A DNA stretch of 16,124 nucleotides from Methanobacteriaceae archaeon (lineage in GTDB: Archaea; Methanobacteriota; Methanobacteria; Methanobacteriales; Methanobacteriaceae). Under the pieces are notes generated by a model. That model was not told the DNA's origin and searched no databases. It was given only the letters and a program-made list of their open reading frames with translations. Of the stretch, positions 1-7,634 are shown in pieces. How positions within the stretch are numbered: position 1 is the first letter of the stretch; every line of letters starts with the position of its first letter. Made by a program: the position numbers and the translations under genes. The stretch is from assembly GCA_003558085.1 (NCBI GenBank), contig PWMT01000048.1:1-16124 (forward strand), read 5' to 3'.

Positions 1-1
1 C

Positions 2-1300
2 TTAAGCCAGACCCCAGACCCAACAGATTTAACATGGGAAGACCAAAGTTTTATAGCAAATAATAAAATTTTAATCAATATTTTAGAGGATTCAAGAGTT
101 AATAGATACCTTTCTTTAAAATATAAAAGTTTAATTCGTTACTTCGCTTCTGAAATAGAAGATACAGATAATTTTTTATTATCTGCCTCTTTAGGTGACT
201 TACTAAATATTCCAGTTAATCCAGTAATAAATCCAGAAATACAGTTTTTAGAAGATTATGTGGAAGATATCAGGAAAATGATAACTTTTAAAGATGTTTT
301 AAGTTTGGCTCGAAAGATTATAGAAGACCAGGAATTACAGGATTCTGAACCTTCACAGGGTAGCGACGATGCGGGCGACAATTCTCCTGATGATGATTCA
401 GGTGTTAATGGAGCATCAGATACTAGCGGTGATTCGCAAAATGATTCTGCTTTTGAAAAAAGAATTGAAGATAAGATAGGTAAACAGTTAGAGGATTATA
501 TTGATAATATCAGTGATAGCAAGTTAAAACAAGTTTTTAAACCAGATGATATGAGCGGCAATGGTTTTCTGGGTTTTGATGGAGAAAAAACTTTACCTAT
601 TCATAAAGAAGATGTATTTTTAGGAGATTCCCCATTAGAATCTGGCTATATAGAAAAAATTAAACCACAGATTATGAATAAATTAAGGAAACTTATTGAC
701 CACAGAAATACGAGAGAGGGGAAATTAGGAAAGTTAAACATTTCTAGATTAATGAATGATGGCAAAGTATTCCATAGGAGAACTTCAAATAGGCAGGGAA
801 GAAAGGCTTACATAGTTTTAGACGGTTCCGGTTCTATGAATAGTCATAGTAGAAAATGGCAAAAAACTTTATCTAAGTCTTTAGTTAAGTCCTTAATGGA
901 TTTATCGGTTGATTGCAGATTGTTTATACATTCTGGCGACTCTATTAAATTCATTTACGATGAAATATCTTATGAAGACATTGATAGAACTCATTCACAT
1001 ATCTATACATTGGACGGTTCAATGTTAGAAGCTTTATTTACAAGAGAAATAAATTTTACTGAAAAACCCATCATCTTTTACTTCTCTGATGGTCATATAC
1101 CAGCACAATACCCTCATGAACAAGAGAGGCTTTTAAATAAATATTTGTCTATAGGTGCAAATATGGGTGTGCCAGTTTTTGGTATTGGTTTAAATGCCAC
1201 AGGAGTTAAACTGTTTGAACATTATTATATTGTTAAAGATGTTAAAGACTTCCAGGGAGTATTAGATTCTATTGGTGATGAACTGAGGTTTTATTTATAA
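2..1300 (+). CDS. CobT-like/VWA (MIDAS) domain protein, probable partner of the MoxR ATPase; 5' truncated by the window edge
   Basis: The frame stays open from base 2 (LSQTPDP...NILEDSRVN...), upstream of the ORF-track start at 260. NILEDSRVN resembles the N-terminal motif of CobT-like VWA proteins. An acidic D/S/G linker precedes the VWA MIDAS motif IVLDGSGSM and YFSDG. A MoxR gene lies 1.2 kb downstream. Confidence 0.85.
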   Translation, partial: LSQTPDPTDLTWEDQSFIANNKILINILEDSRVNRYLSLKYKSLIRYFASEIEDTDNFLLSASLGDLLNIPVNPVINPEIQFLEDYVEDIRKMITFKDVLSLARKIIEDQELQDSEPSQGSDDAGDNSPDDDSGVNGASDTSGDSQNDSAFEKRIEDKIGKQLEDYIDNISDSKLKQVFKPDDMSGNGFLGFDGEKTLPIHKEDVFLGDSPLESGYIEKIKPQIMNKLRKLIDHRNTREGKLGKLNISRLMNDGKVFHRRTSNRQGRKAYIVLDGSGSMNSHSRKWQKTLSKSLVKSLMDLSVDCRLFIHSGDSIKFIYDEISYEDIDRTHSHIYTLDGSMLEALFTREINFTEKPIIFYFSDGHIPAQYPHEQERLLNKYLSIGANMGVPVFGIGLNATGVKLFEHYYIVKDVKDFQGVLDSIGDELRFYL

Positions 1301-1310
1301 AGGTGATAAG

Positions 1311-2132
1311 ATGAATGAAAAAGTTAAGAATAATGCTAAAAACATTGTTCAATTAATGGAAGAAAATATGGTTCGAGAAAACAGGCAATTATTGTCTGCC
1401 TATATTGGCGGAACTGAATTATATGGTTTAAAAGATAATAATAAACCTATTATAAGAGGTATTTTTTTAGAGGATGCAGAAGAGATTCTTGCATTCCCTA
1501 ATAATTATTTTGCATCATCAATAGTACTAAAAGATGAGTTTACAGATATAAAGATATATGAAATGAGTACGGTAATGAAAAATATTATAAGAGGTAAGAT
1601 AGAGGGTTGGGAAGCCTTATATGCTAATCAATGTAAGGAAACTCATCTTTCCTTTAAATTACGTGAATTTGTATCAGATTTAAAACCAGACTTAGCTACA
1701 ATTGCGGGAACTGCAATTATGGATTCCTATACTATTTTAGAAAAAGATGTAGTTAAGACCCCAGTATTTTTTGATATGCTGAAGAATTTAATCATTGCTA
1801 TGCATTTCCTAAAAACCGGGTCCCTGGATTTGAGTTTAGCACATTATATTGAAGATTATAAGCTTTTAACTCTATGTGACTTTGATAAGCTATTAAATAA
1901 GATGGAAAGTAATGATAATATAATACCTTTTAAATATCATGAATTAATTGATGAAATTACAGGCGAAATCAAAAAAGATATGCAGGATTTAAAAATTTCA
2001 GAAGGGTTAAATAGTGGTATTACAGAGTTTGAATATTTAAAAATTAGGCAGTTTATTATTGAAACTAGAATAGATAAATTATTATCTGAAAATTTAATTT
2101 CTCAAAACCCAAAATTTGATGTGATAGAATGA
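1311..2132 (+). CDS. RlaP/YcgL-like (Pol beta superfamily) nucleotidyltransferase-fold protein, catalytic DxD apparently lost
   Basis: AYIGGTELYGL...IRGIF matches the GSxxYGLxxxxSDxDxRGvF pattern, and DIKIYEM...GWEALY matches the downstream D..yel.....E.L motif. The SDxD position reads NNKPI. RBS AGGTGA lies just upstream. Confidence 0.6.
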   Translation: MNEKVKNNAKNIVQLMEENMVRENRQLLSAYIGGTELYGLKDNNKPIIRGIFLEDAEEILAFPNNYFASSIVLKDEFTDIKIYEMSTVMKNIIRGKIEGWEALYANQCKETHLSFKLREFVSDLKPDLATIAGTAIMDSYTILEKDVVKTPVFFDMLKNLIIAMHFLKTGSLDLSLAHYIEDYKLLTLCDFDKLLNKMESNDNIIPFKYHELIDEITGEIKKDMQDLKISEGLNSGITEFEYLKIRQFIIETRIDKLLSENLISQNPKFDVIE

Positions 2133-2314
2133 AAGGTGTTAAAAGAAGTTTTTATCGAGAATTAGAGCAGAAAATAGATAATGCAAACTATGACGAGGCC
2201 GTAGCTCCTGAAAGATGCCCAAACTGTTTATCTTGTTCTTTGGAGTATAACCCCCCAATGAAATGTTGTAAAAAATGTGGTTGGACAAGATTTTTAGGAG
2301 TTGAGGAGGAATGA
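2129..2314 (+). CDS. Small zinc-ribbon protein
   Basis: 61 aa with CPNC...CKKCGW; ATGA overlap with the upstream gene. Confidence 0.7.
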   Translation: MKGVKRSFYRELEQKIDNANYDEAVAPERCPNCLSCSLEYNPPMKCCKKCGWTRFLGVEEE

Positions 2315-2421
2315 AATGTTTTAAATGTCAATATTTAGATTTGAAAGATAATAAATGTTGTTTGGTTGAAAAGAGGGAAATGTGCCCCTTACCTAATAAT
2401 TTTTTAGAGAATAAAAAATAG
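2311..2421 (+). CDS. 36-aa Cys-rich microprotein MKCFKCQYLDLKDNKCCLVEKREMCPLPNNFLENKK (not in ORF track)
   Basis: ATGA overlap with the upstream stop, GAGGAGG immediately upstream, CxxC...CC...C pattern; ends just before the next promoter. Confidence 0.6.
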   Translation: MKCFKCQYLDLKDNKCCLVEKREMCPLPNNFLENKK

Positions 2422-2471
2422 AAAAGTTTATATATGAGATTGAATATAAATATAATTGTAAGTTTGAGGTG
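2421..2471 (+). promoter_or_regulatory. Archaeal promoter (BRE GAAAAG + TATA TTTATATA at 2427-2434) and RBS GAGGTG (2466-2471) for the MoxR gene
   Basis: Purine-rich BRE directly before a consensus archaeal TATA box, about 45 nt upstream of ATG 2477. Confidence 0.65.
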
Positions 2472-2476
2472 TAAAA

Positions 2477-3259
2477 ATGAACATATATCCGGAAAAAACA
2501 GATTTAATAAAGCATATTGCGATAGATGAAAACATGCCGACTTTATTAGTTGGTGAAGCTGGTTTAGGTAAATCATACACTGCTGTATTAGCAGCTCAGA
2601 GTGCTGAAAGAGATTGTAGAACTGTTAATTTATCTAAGCAATCTGATTTAGTTGATTTATTAGGTCAGTTTATTTTAGAAAAAGATGGTGAAAATTCAGT
2701 ATTTAAATGGGTTGATGGTGTAATTACTCAAGCAGCCCAAGAAGGAAAAGTTCTGATTTTAGAAGAATTAACTATGGCTGATGGGACAATCCTGGCAGCT
2801 TTACATGGTTTATTCGAGAAAAAACCTAAATTATATACTACTAACGGTGATGTAAAAATCCACCCAGATTTCAGAGTTATAGGAACTTCTAATCCAAGCT
2901 GGACAAACTATAACGGAGTTTCTGAATTAAACTATGCATTTGAAGACCGTTTTGTCCACATTTTATTTGACTTCCCCCAAAGGCAAACTATTGAGAAGTT
3001 TTTAGAACCCTTTGAAAGGAATATAGAAAAAAGAGATATCGATATTGATGATATATATGATGTTGCTAAAAGATTATTCGAGTTATATCCGCGAAATGTT
3101 CCTAATTTCTTATCTCTTAGAGGGTTAGAATTTTTCAGTAAACTTCTAGGAACTTACAATGTTAAACAATCCTTCGAATTAGCAATTTTAAATAAAATGG
3201 AGAAAGAGGAGCGTAGTAAGGTAGTAGATATTATAGATAACTATATAGCTATCTACTAA
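2477..3259 (+). CDS. MoxR-family (CbbQ/NirQ/NorQ/CobS-like, AAA_5) ATPase
   Basis: Walker A GEAGLGKS, DLLGQF...FKWVDGVIT motif, Walker B LILEE, HPDFRVIGTSNP sensor 1, AFEDRF arginine finger. Confidence 0.9.
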   Translation: MNIYPEKTDLIKHIAIDENMPTLLVGEAGLGKSYTAVLAAQSAERDCRTVNLSKQSDLVDLLGQFILEKDGENSVFKWVDGVITQAAQEGKVLILEELTMADGTILAALHGLFEKKPKLYTTNGDVKIHPDFRVIGTSNPSWTNYNGVSELNYAFEDRFVHILFDFPQRQTIEKFLEPFERNIEKRDIDIDDIYDVAKRLFELYPRNVPNFLSLRGLEFFSKLLGTYNVKQSFELAILNKMEKEERSKVVDIIDNYIAIY

Positions 3260-3912
3260 TCCTTTTTATCTCCAGAAACCCACTTGTCATCTTCCTTTCT
3301 CTGTGAAGCCATCACAAGACCAGCAAAGCTGTCATCTATTCCATGAATCATCTTTTGACCATGCTCCATTTCTTCAAGCTTTGTTATCATTGTTGCTAAG
3401 TTTGCTATTGCTTCCTCTGTTGCTTTAGAGAGGCCAGCTACCGATGTTCTTTCGAATTTGCCCCCTCTACCAACTCTGGAAGTTTGTATACTTATTAGTT
3501 GTCTCATTAAATCAATAGCGTCAGGTCGTTCTTCATAGAAATTAATGAGTTCTCGACGCTCTGTTTCTGAAACAGAGTTTAAAAAATTTGCTAAGAGATG
3601 GCTTTTACTACCATTTTTAACAGCGTCAGGAGATGTTCCGGTTTTAATTTGTATTACAGATTTTTCAAATGCAGCGTCTTTATATAACTCGACTCCTTCA
3701 AGTTTTAAATCAGCTCGTAATTTAGCTAGACCTTTTTCATCAATTCCAAATTTTCTACATAACTCAGAGTTAGGAGTAAAAGGATATAATCTAATCAACA
3801 AACTTTTCTCCTTATCAGTCAACTCTTCTACCGTTCTTTCGGGTTCGTACGGGTCATCCTCTACCTTTAGAGGGAACCCCGATGGTTCTTCTAATTCTTT
3901 CATCTTCATCAC
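3256..3912 (-). CDS. Hypothetical protein with probable N-terminal HTH (exact start uncertain)
   Basis: 218-aa ORF. LTDKEKSLLIRLYPFTPNSELCRKFGI looks HTH-like and the C-terminus is helical. Convergent with MoxR with overlapping stops. Confidence 0.6.
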   Translation of the reverse strand: MMKMKELEEPSGFPLKVEDDPYEPERTVEELTDKEKSLLIRLYPFTPNSELCRKFGIDEKGLAKLRADLKLEGVELYKDAAFEKSVIQIKTGTSPDAVKNGSKSHLLANFLNSVSETERRELINFYEERPDAIDLMRQLISIQTSRVGRGGKFERTSVAGLSKATEEAIANLATMITKLEEMEHGQKMIHGIDDSFAGLVMASQRKEDDKWVSGDKKD

Positions 3913-4393
3913 TTAACTCAAATATTTTCATATCATCCAATGTTTCACATTTATGCATACCTATACCTTTAAAAATTATGAAATAGGACAGGGGTAATTC
4001 AGTATTCTTATGTACCTCTCTCCCATTATCCCACTTAGCTCTTCGGTCTACATATTGGTAAGCTGCTGCGAATATTTCTGTTATATCGTTACCATATAAT
4101 TCTTCAATTCGTTTTTTAATAACCGGAGCCATTGGCTCTTTGGGTTCTTCTGTGAGTTTTAAAGTAAAATTACGTCTTCCTATCATTTCATTAAATCTAA
4201 ATCCTTCCACTAATAATTTACCAACATCTTTTGGTTGCAAAATAATATCTAGGCGGTCTAAAGCAGCTTTAGTTTTCATACCAAGATTTTCTACATAATC
4301 AGTTAAAATATCAATATCTTCATCACTTAACTTTGCATTGGCACGTGATTGAACATATTTTTCATAGTTTTCTAAAAATTCATCGTCCTCCAT
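3854..4393 (-). CDS. Hypothetical protein
   Basis: 179-aa ORF with minus-strand RBS GAGGCGA just upstream of the ATG and a TATA box upstream; no recognised motif. Confidence 0.7.
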   Translation of the reverse strand: MEDDEFLENYEKYVQSRANAKLSDEDIDILTDYVENLGMKTKAALDRLDIILQPKDVGKLLVEGFRFNEMIGRRNFTLKLTEEPKEPMAPVIKKRIEELYGNDITEIFAAAYQYVDRRAKWDNGREVHKNTELPLSYFIIFKGIGMHKCETLDDMKIFELSDEDERIRRTIGVPSKGRG

Positions 4394-4597
4394 TCTTATC
4401 GCCTCTTTTTATTATTAGTAATCTTAAATTGGTATATATTATTATATAAAAATAAAAGGATATGAGTTAAAAACAAAATGTTTAAATAACAATAGTGACA
4501 AGACATAATATAATTACTAAAAAAAGGTGAATAAGAATATTAAATTAGTTTTAAATAGTCAAATTCATTAAAATGTATAAAATACTGAGGTGAAAAT
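4394..4597. promoter_or_regulatory. Divergent archaeal promoter region
   Basis: Minus-strand TTTATATA (4450-4443); plus-strand TTTAAATA at 4481-4488 and again at about 4550-4557; RBS GAGGTGA before ATG 4598; very AT-rich. Confidence 0.6.
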
Positions 4598-5632
4598 ATG
4601 GGTTTTGAAAGAAAAAAAACCAGTGTAGAAGAATTAGAGAAAAAAGCAGAAAAATTAGCAGAAGAATATAAAGTAACAGATTTGGAAGACAAGATTGAGC
4701 GGTTTATAGACGAATATAAAACTATAAATCCTGAAGGCAGCGATGAGGATATCAGGGTTCGAGCATATAACAGATTTATTTTATCTATGAAAGGTAAAAA
4801 AGCTCGAAATCTACAAGATGTTAAGGCTGTATTATTCAGTAAACGACCGGCATATGATTTTGCTCAGAAGCCTAGACAGGACGCTCAAGATTACGTTGAA
4901 AAATATGGTAAAGAAAAAGCTATAGAGGATGGATATGTGAATCAAAAAGGTGATTTTTTATATACTACACCAAAATGGAAAAAAGGGAATGTTATTCCCG
5001 AGCACGAATATAGCAGTACAGCTTACGGTGTCTTTAAGTTAGAAAATGATGATGCACCGAAGTATGGAGAATTACACCTTTCAGGTTCACAGGCTATAGA
5101 TTTCCTTCCTTTATATGAAGAGGTGGAATTTGAAGGTAGAATTAACAAAAATAAAAGTACAGCGAAATTTTATGACATCTATTTATCTTCTGAAGTTCGC
5201 TCTAATGGTAAGAAAGTAGAGTTTTGGGATTTCTCAGAGATTCTTGATTCTGCTATACCTGAGAGATTTATCTCATCGTTTGATGATTTAGTAGTTTATT
5301 TAGACCAGGGGGTGAATGGTAAAGATAATTGGTGTTTAGTGCAATGCGAAATTATAGATATAGGTATGGTAGATAATACAGATGAAAGTAAAAATGTACC
5401 AGTGACACTGTCTGACCCAGAATCTATCACCTCAGATAGCTACACTTTCTGGGCTGAGCCAGAGTTAGCCAAAAGTATAAAGGGAGAATTATTCCCAGAT
5501 GCGATTGTAAGTCTTCGACCATACAAGAAAAAGGATGGTACGATTTCTGGACAGATTTGGAGCGTATTTGCGCCTGAATTAATGGAAGCAGAAGAGGCAG
5601 AAGATTTAGATGAATTAGAGGAGGCATGGTAA
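4598..5632 (+). CDS. Putative single-stranded DNA-binding protein (multi-OB-fold, acidic tail)
   Basis: 344 aa with beta-rich, aromatic-containing segments (EEVEFEGRI, WCLVQCEIIDI, YTFWA) and a very acidic C-terminal tail (EAEEAEDLDELEEAW). First gene of the replication operon, near a Sak4-like ATPase. The ORF is clear; the function is inferred. Confidence 0.45.
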   Translation: MGFERKKTSVEELEKKAEKLAEEYKVTDLEDKIERFIDEYKTINPEGSDEDIRVRAYNRFILSMKGKKARNLQDVKAVLFSKRPAYDFAQKPRQDAQDYVEKYGKEKAIEDGYVNQKGDFLYTTPKWKKGNVIPEHEYSSTAYGVFKLENDDAPKYGELHLSGSQAIDFLPLYEEVEFEGRINKNKSTAKFYDIYLSSEVRSNGKKVEFWDFSEILDSAIPERFISSFDDLVVYLDQGVNGKDNWCLVQCEIIDIGMVDNTDESKNVPVTLSDPESITSDSYTFWAEPELAKSIKGELFPDAIVSLRPYKKKDGTISGQIWSVFAPELMEAEEAEDLDELEEAW

Positions 5633-5635
5633 GGT

Positions 5636-5887
5636 ATGAAAATGAATATACCAAACGAAAATGAAGAGCAACAGGATGACATGAATGAAAATCCAATGGA
5701 TAGGTTGATAAGGTCTTTAATGTATGACTTAAGGTTATTAGAAGTTGATGCCAGTATGGTTCAGTCATTAGAGGCTAAAGTAGAAATTAAAAGACTGATT
5801 AAAGAAAAGCGCTACGAACTCCTAGGATTTATCGAGGCACTTAATAATCAAGCTAGAATGGAAGAGGAAAGGCAAAAACAGGTGTAA
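5636..5887 (+). CDS. Hypothetical small coiled-coil protein
   Basis: 83-aa charged helical ORF tightly packed between its neighbours. Confidence 0.65.
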   Translation: MKMNIPNENEEQQDDMNENPMDRLIRSLMYDLRLLEVDASMVQSLEAKVEIKRLIKEKRYELLGFIEALNNQARMEEERQKQV

Positions 5888-5891
5888 GAAG

Positions 5892-6767
5892 ATGTGGGGA
5901 GATGAAAAACAAGAAAAAACGAGAAAATCAAAAAAGAATTTTATCGAAACAAATCGACAAATGCTTTTTGAAAAACCTCTAACCCTTCCCGAAGAAGTGC
6001 CTAGCTGTGTCATGATTTATGGCAAGGACGGAACGGGTAAAACGGGGTTATCCCTCTCCGTTTTAACTGACAAGGATATAAAGAAAGGTCAGAAAATCGT
6101 TATTGTAGATTTAGATTCAGGAAATCTACCTTTACTATTGGAATATCACAAAGATAAAGTAAATAAACATATACTATATAGAGACCCAGTAGTATGGGAG
6201 ACAGATGACGATGGCATGCCTATAATAAATTATAAAGAAACTATAGGTCATATTAACTCTATAGCTATTGCTGCAAAGAACAGATGGAAAGAAAAAGGTG
6301 ATATAAAAGCAATAATCCTTGACGGAGGCAGTAAGCTTTTAAAGCAAGCAGAATATCAAATGAGGCTCGACCGATACATAGAACCCGCAGGAGAAGTTTC
6401 TTATCGCTTCTGGGCCGAAAGAAACAAAATGTTCCAAGAGACATTAGAATTATATAAAAATTTACCCTTTGACAAGTATTTTATAATGCACGAGGATTTC
6501 GTACCACACTTAACACCACCTAGTAAAGAGATGGCAGCAGTAAGGCAGTTTGCTAACCAAATGATGTATCAAAAAATCTATTGCGAGCGCATAGACAAAG
6601 CAGTAGCTGTAGAATTTGCCGCGACTATCGATAAATCCAAGTTTAGCATAGGTAAAGAAGGAAAACAAGAGGTTTTTGCCAGCGCCAATAAAAGCGACGA
6701 ATCATTTAAATGGGAACCTGAAAAGATTTTAAGGCACTTGAAACCTTCATACGCCGGAGATGATTAG
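5892..6767 (+). CDS. RecA-fold ATPase, AAA_24/Sak4-like (putative single-strand annealing protein)
   Basis: Walker A MIYGKDGTGKT, IVDLDSG strand, Walker B AIILDGG, and FIMHE strand typical of phage AAA_24/Sak4 proteins. Confidence 0.7.
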   Translation: MWGDEKQEKTRKSKKNFIETNRQMLFEKPLTLPEEVPSCVMIYGKDGTGKTGLSLSVLTDKDIKKGQKIVIVDLDSGNLPLLLEYHKDKVNKHILYRDPVVWETDDDGMPIINYKETIGHINSIAIAAKNRWKEKGDIKAIILDGGSKLLKQAEYQMRLDRYIEPAGEVSYRFWAERNKMFQETLELYKNLPFDKYFIMHEDFVPHLTPPSKEMAAVRQFANQMMYQKIYCERIDKAVAVEFAATIDKSKFSIGKEGKQEVFASANKSDESFKWEPEKILRHLKPSYAGDD

Positions 6768-7430
6768 TTGGCTACTTTTCTACAAGCAAATACAATATTG
6801 AATGCTTGGCATAAAGCAGTTAAAGAAGTCTACCTCAACGGTGCGACAATTATAGACGAAAATGACACAGAAACACGAGAAATTCTTGATTTAATCATTG
6901 AAATACGAAACCCTAATATCCAAATTGGAGAACATGAGTTTTGGAAAACCGATGCCATTGAGAGGTATTGCGAGCAATTACTCGACTCCTCGAAGGGCTC
7001 TTTTTCTTACACGTATGGTAATCGTTTACGTAGCCATTTTATCAGTAATCCATTACTCGACCCAAAAAAGATTGACCAGATTGAAAAAGTTATTAGAAGG
7101 TTGGAGAAAGGAAATAATACTCGTAAAGCTGTTGCTGTACTCTTCGATCCAACGGTCGACCACGATGCAGATGATATACCTTGTATTGACCTCATAGATT
7201 TCAAGATTCGAAATAAAAAGCTTTACCTTTCTGCATACTGGCGAAGCAACGATATTTATGGTGCTTATTATGCGAATGTCAAAGGTTTAAAGTATGTTGC
7301 TGATTTCGTAGCTGAAAAAACTAATTCAGAATTGAAACGCATCACTACGCATGGTGGGTCAGCCCATATCCTCAAGTACGATTTTGTAGCTGCTGAGGAG
7401 CTTGCGATGATGGATAAAATGAAAAAATAA
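6768..7430 (+). CDS. thyA: Thymidylate synthase, archaeal/methanogen ThyA type
   Basis: YTYGNRLR, NTRKA, catalytic IPC, WRSNDIYGAYYAN (Asn indicates dUMP specificity), SAHI; TTG start directly after the upstream stop. Confidence 0.9.
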   Translation: MATFLQANTILNAWHKAVKEVYLNGATIIDENDTETREILDLIIEIRNPNIQIGEHEFWKTDAIERYCEQLLDSSKGSFSYTYGNRLRSHFISNPLLDPKKIDQIEKVIRRLEKGNNTRKAVAVLFDPTVDHDADDIPCIDLIDFKIRNKKLYLSAYWRSNDIYGAYYANVKGLKYVADFVAEKTNSELKRITTHGGSAHILKYDFVAAEELAMMDKMKK

Positions 7431-7441
7431 GAGGTGATAAA

Positions 7442-7564
7442 ATGATAACTGGGATACCGGCATTAGAATTAATTAGAATAGGTTTCTTCCTTTCAATAGG
7501 TTTTTCACTAATCTGGATAATAGTGCTTATATTATCTGTTATTGGAAGAATTTTTTCTAAATAA
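7442..7564 (+). CDS. 40-aa single-pass membrane microprotein MITGIPALELIRIGFFLSIGFSLIWIIVLILSVIGRIFSK (not in ORF track)
   Basis: Strong RBS GAGGTGA at 7431-7437, a hydrophobic stretch of about 22 residues, and a T-tract after the stop. Confidence 0.7.
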   Translation: MITGIPALELIRIGFFLSIGFSLIWIIVLILSVIGRIFSK

Positions 7565-7571
7565 TTTTTTT
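7565..7571 (+). terminator. Possible archaeal oligo-T terminator
   Basis: T7 run directly after the stop of the last gene of the 4598-7564 cluster. Confidence 0.4.
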
Positions 7572-7572
7572 G

Positions 7573-7600
7573 ACCATTAATGGTAAAATATATATATTAG
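7573..7600 (+). promoter_or_regulatory. Promoter of the polymerase operon with a 12-bp palindrome ACCATTAATGGT abutting BRE/TATA
   Basis: Perfect palindrome at 7573-7584 followed by AAAATATATATATT; GAGGAG RBS before ATG 7635. Confidence 0.55.
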
Positions 7601-7634
7601 AAGAGATATAAATTATAGAACTCGAGGAGAAAAA

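Noticed and set aside
205-240. Short TCCAG tandem repeats
   Set aside because: They simply encode PVNPVINPE inside the VWA gene; too short to indicate an array.
4394-4597. TIGR or CRISPR-like guide array in intergenic DNA
   Set aside because: No periodic repeats seen here or in the other gaps (2422-2476, 7565-7634).
6768-7430. dCMP hydroxymethylase for DNA hypermodification
   Set aside because: The specificity residue is Asn (YYAN), as in dUMP enzymes, and no glycosyltransferase or kinase is nearby. A dUMP hydroxymethylase cannot be fully excluded.
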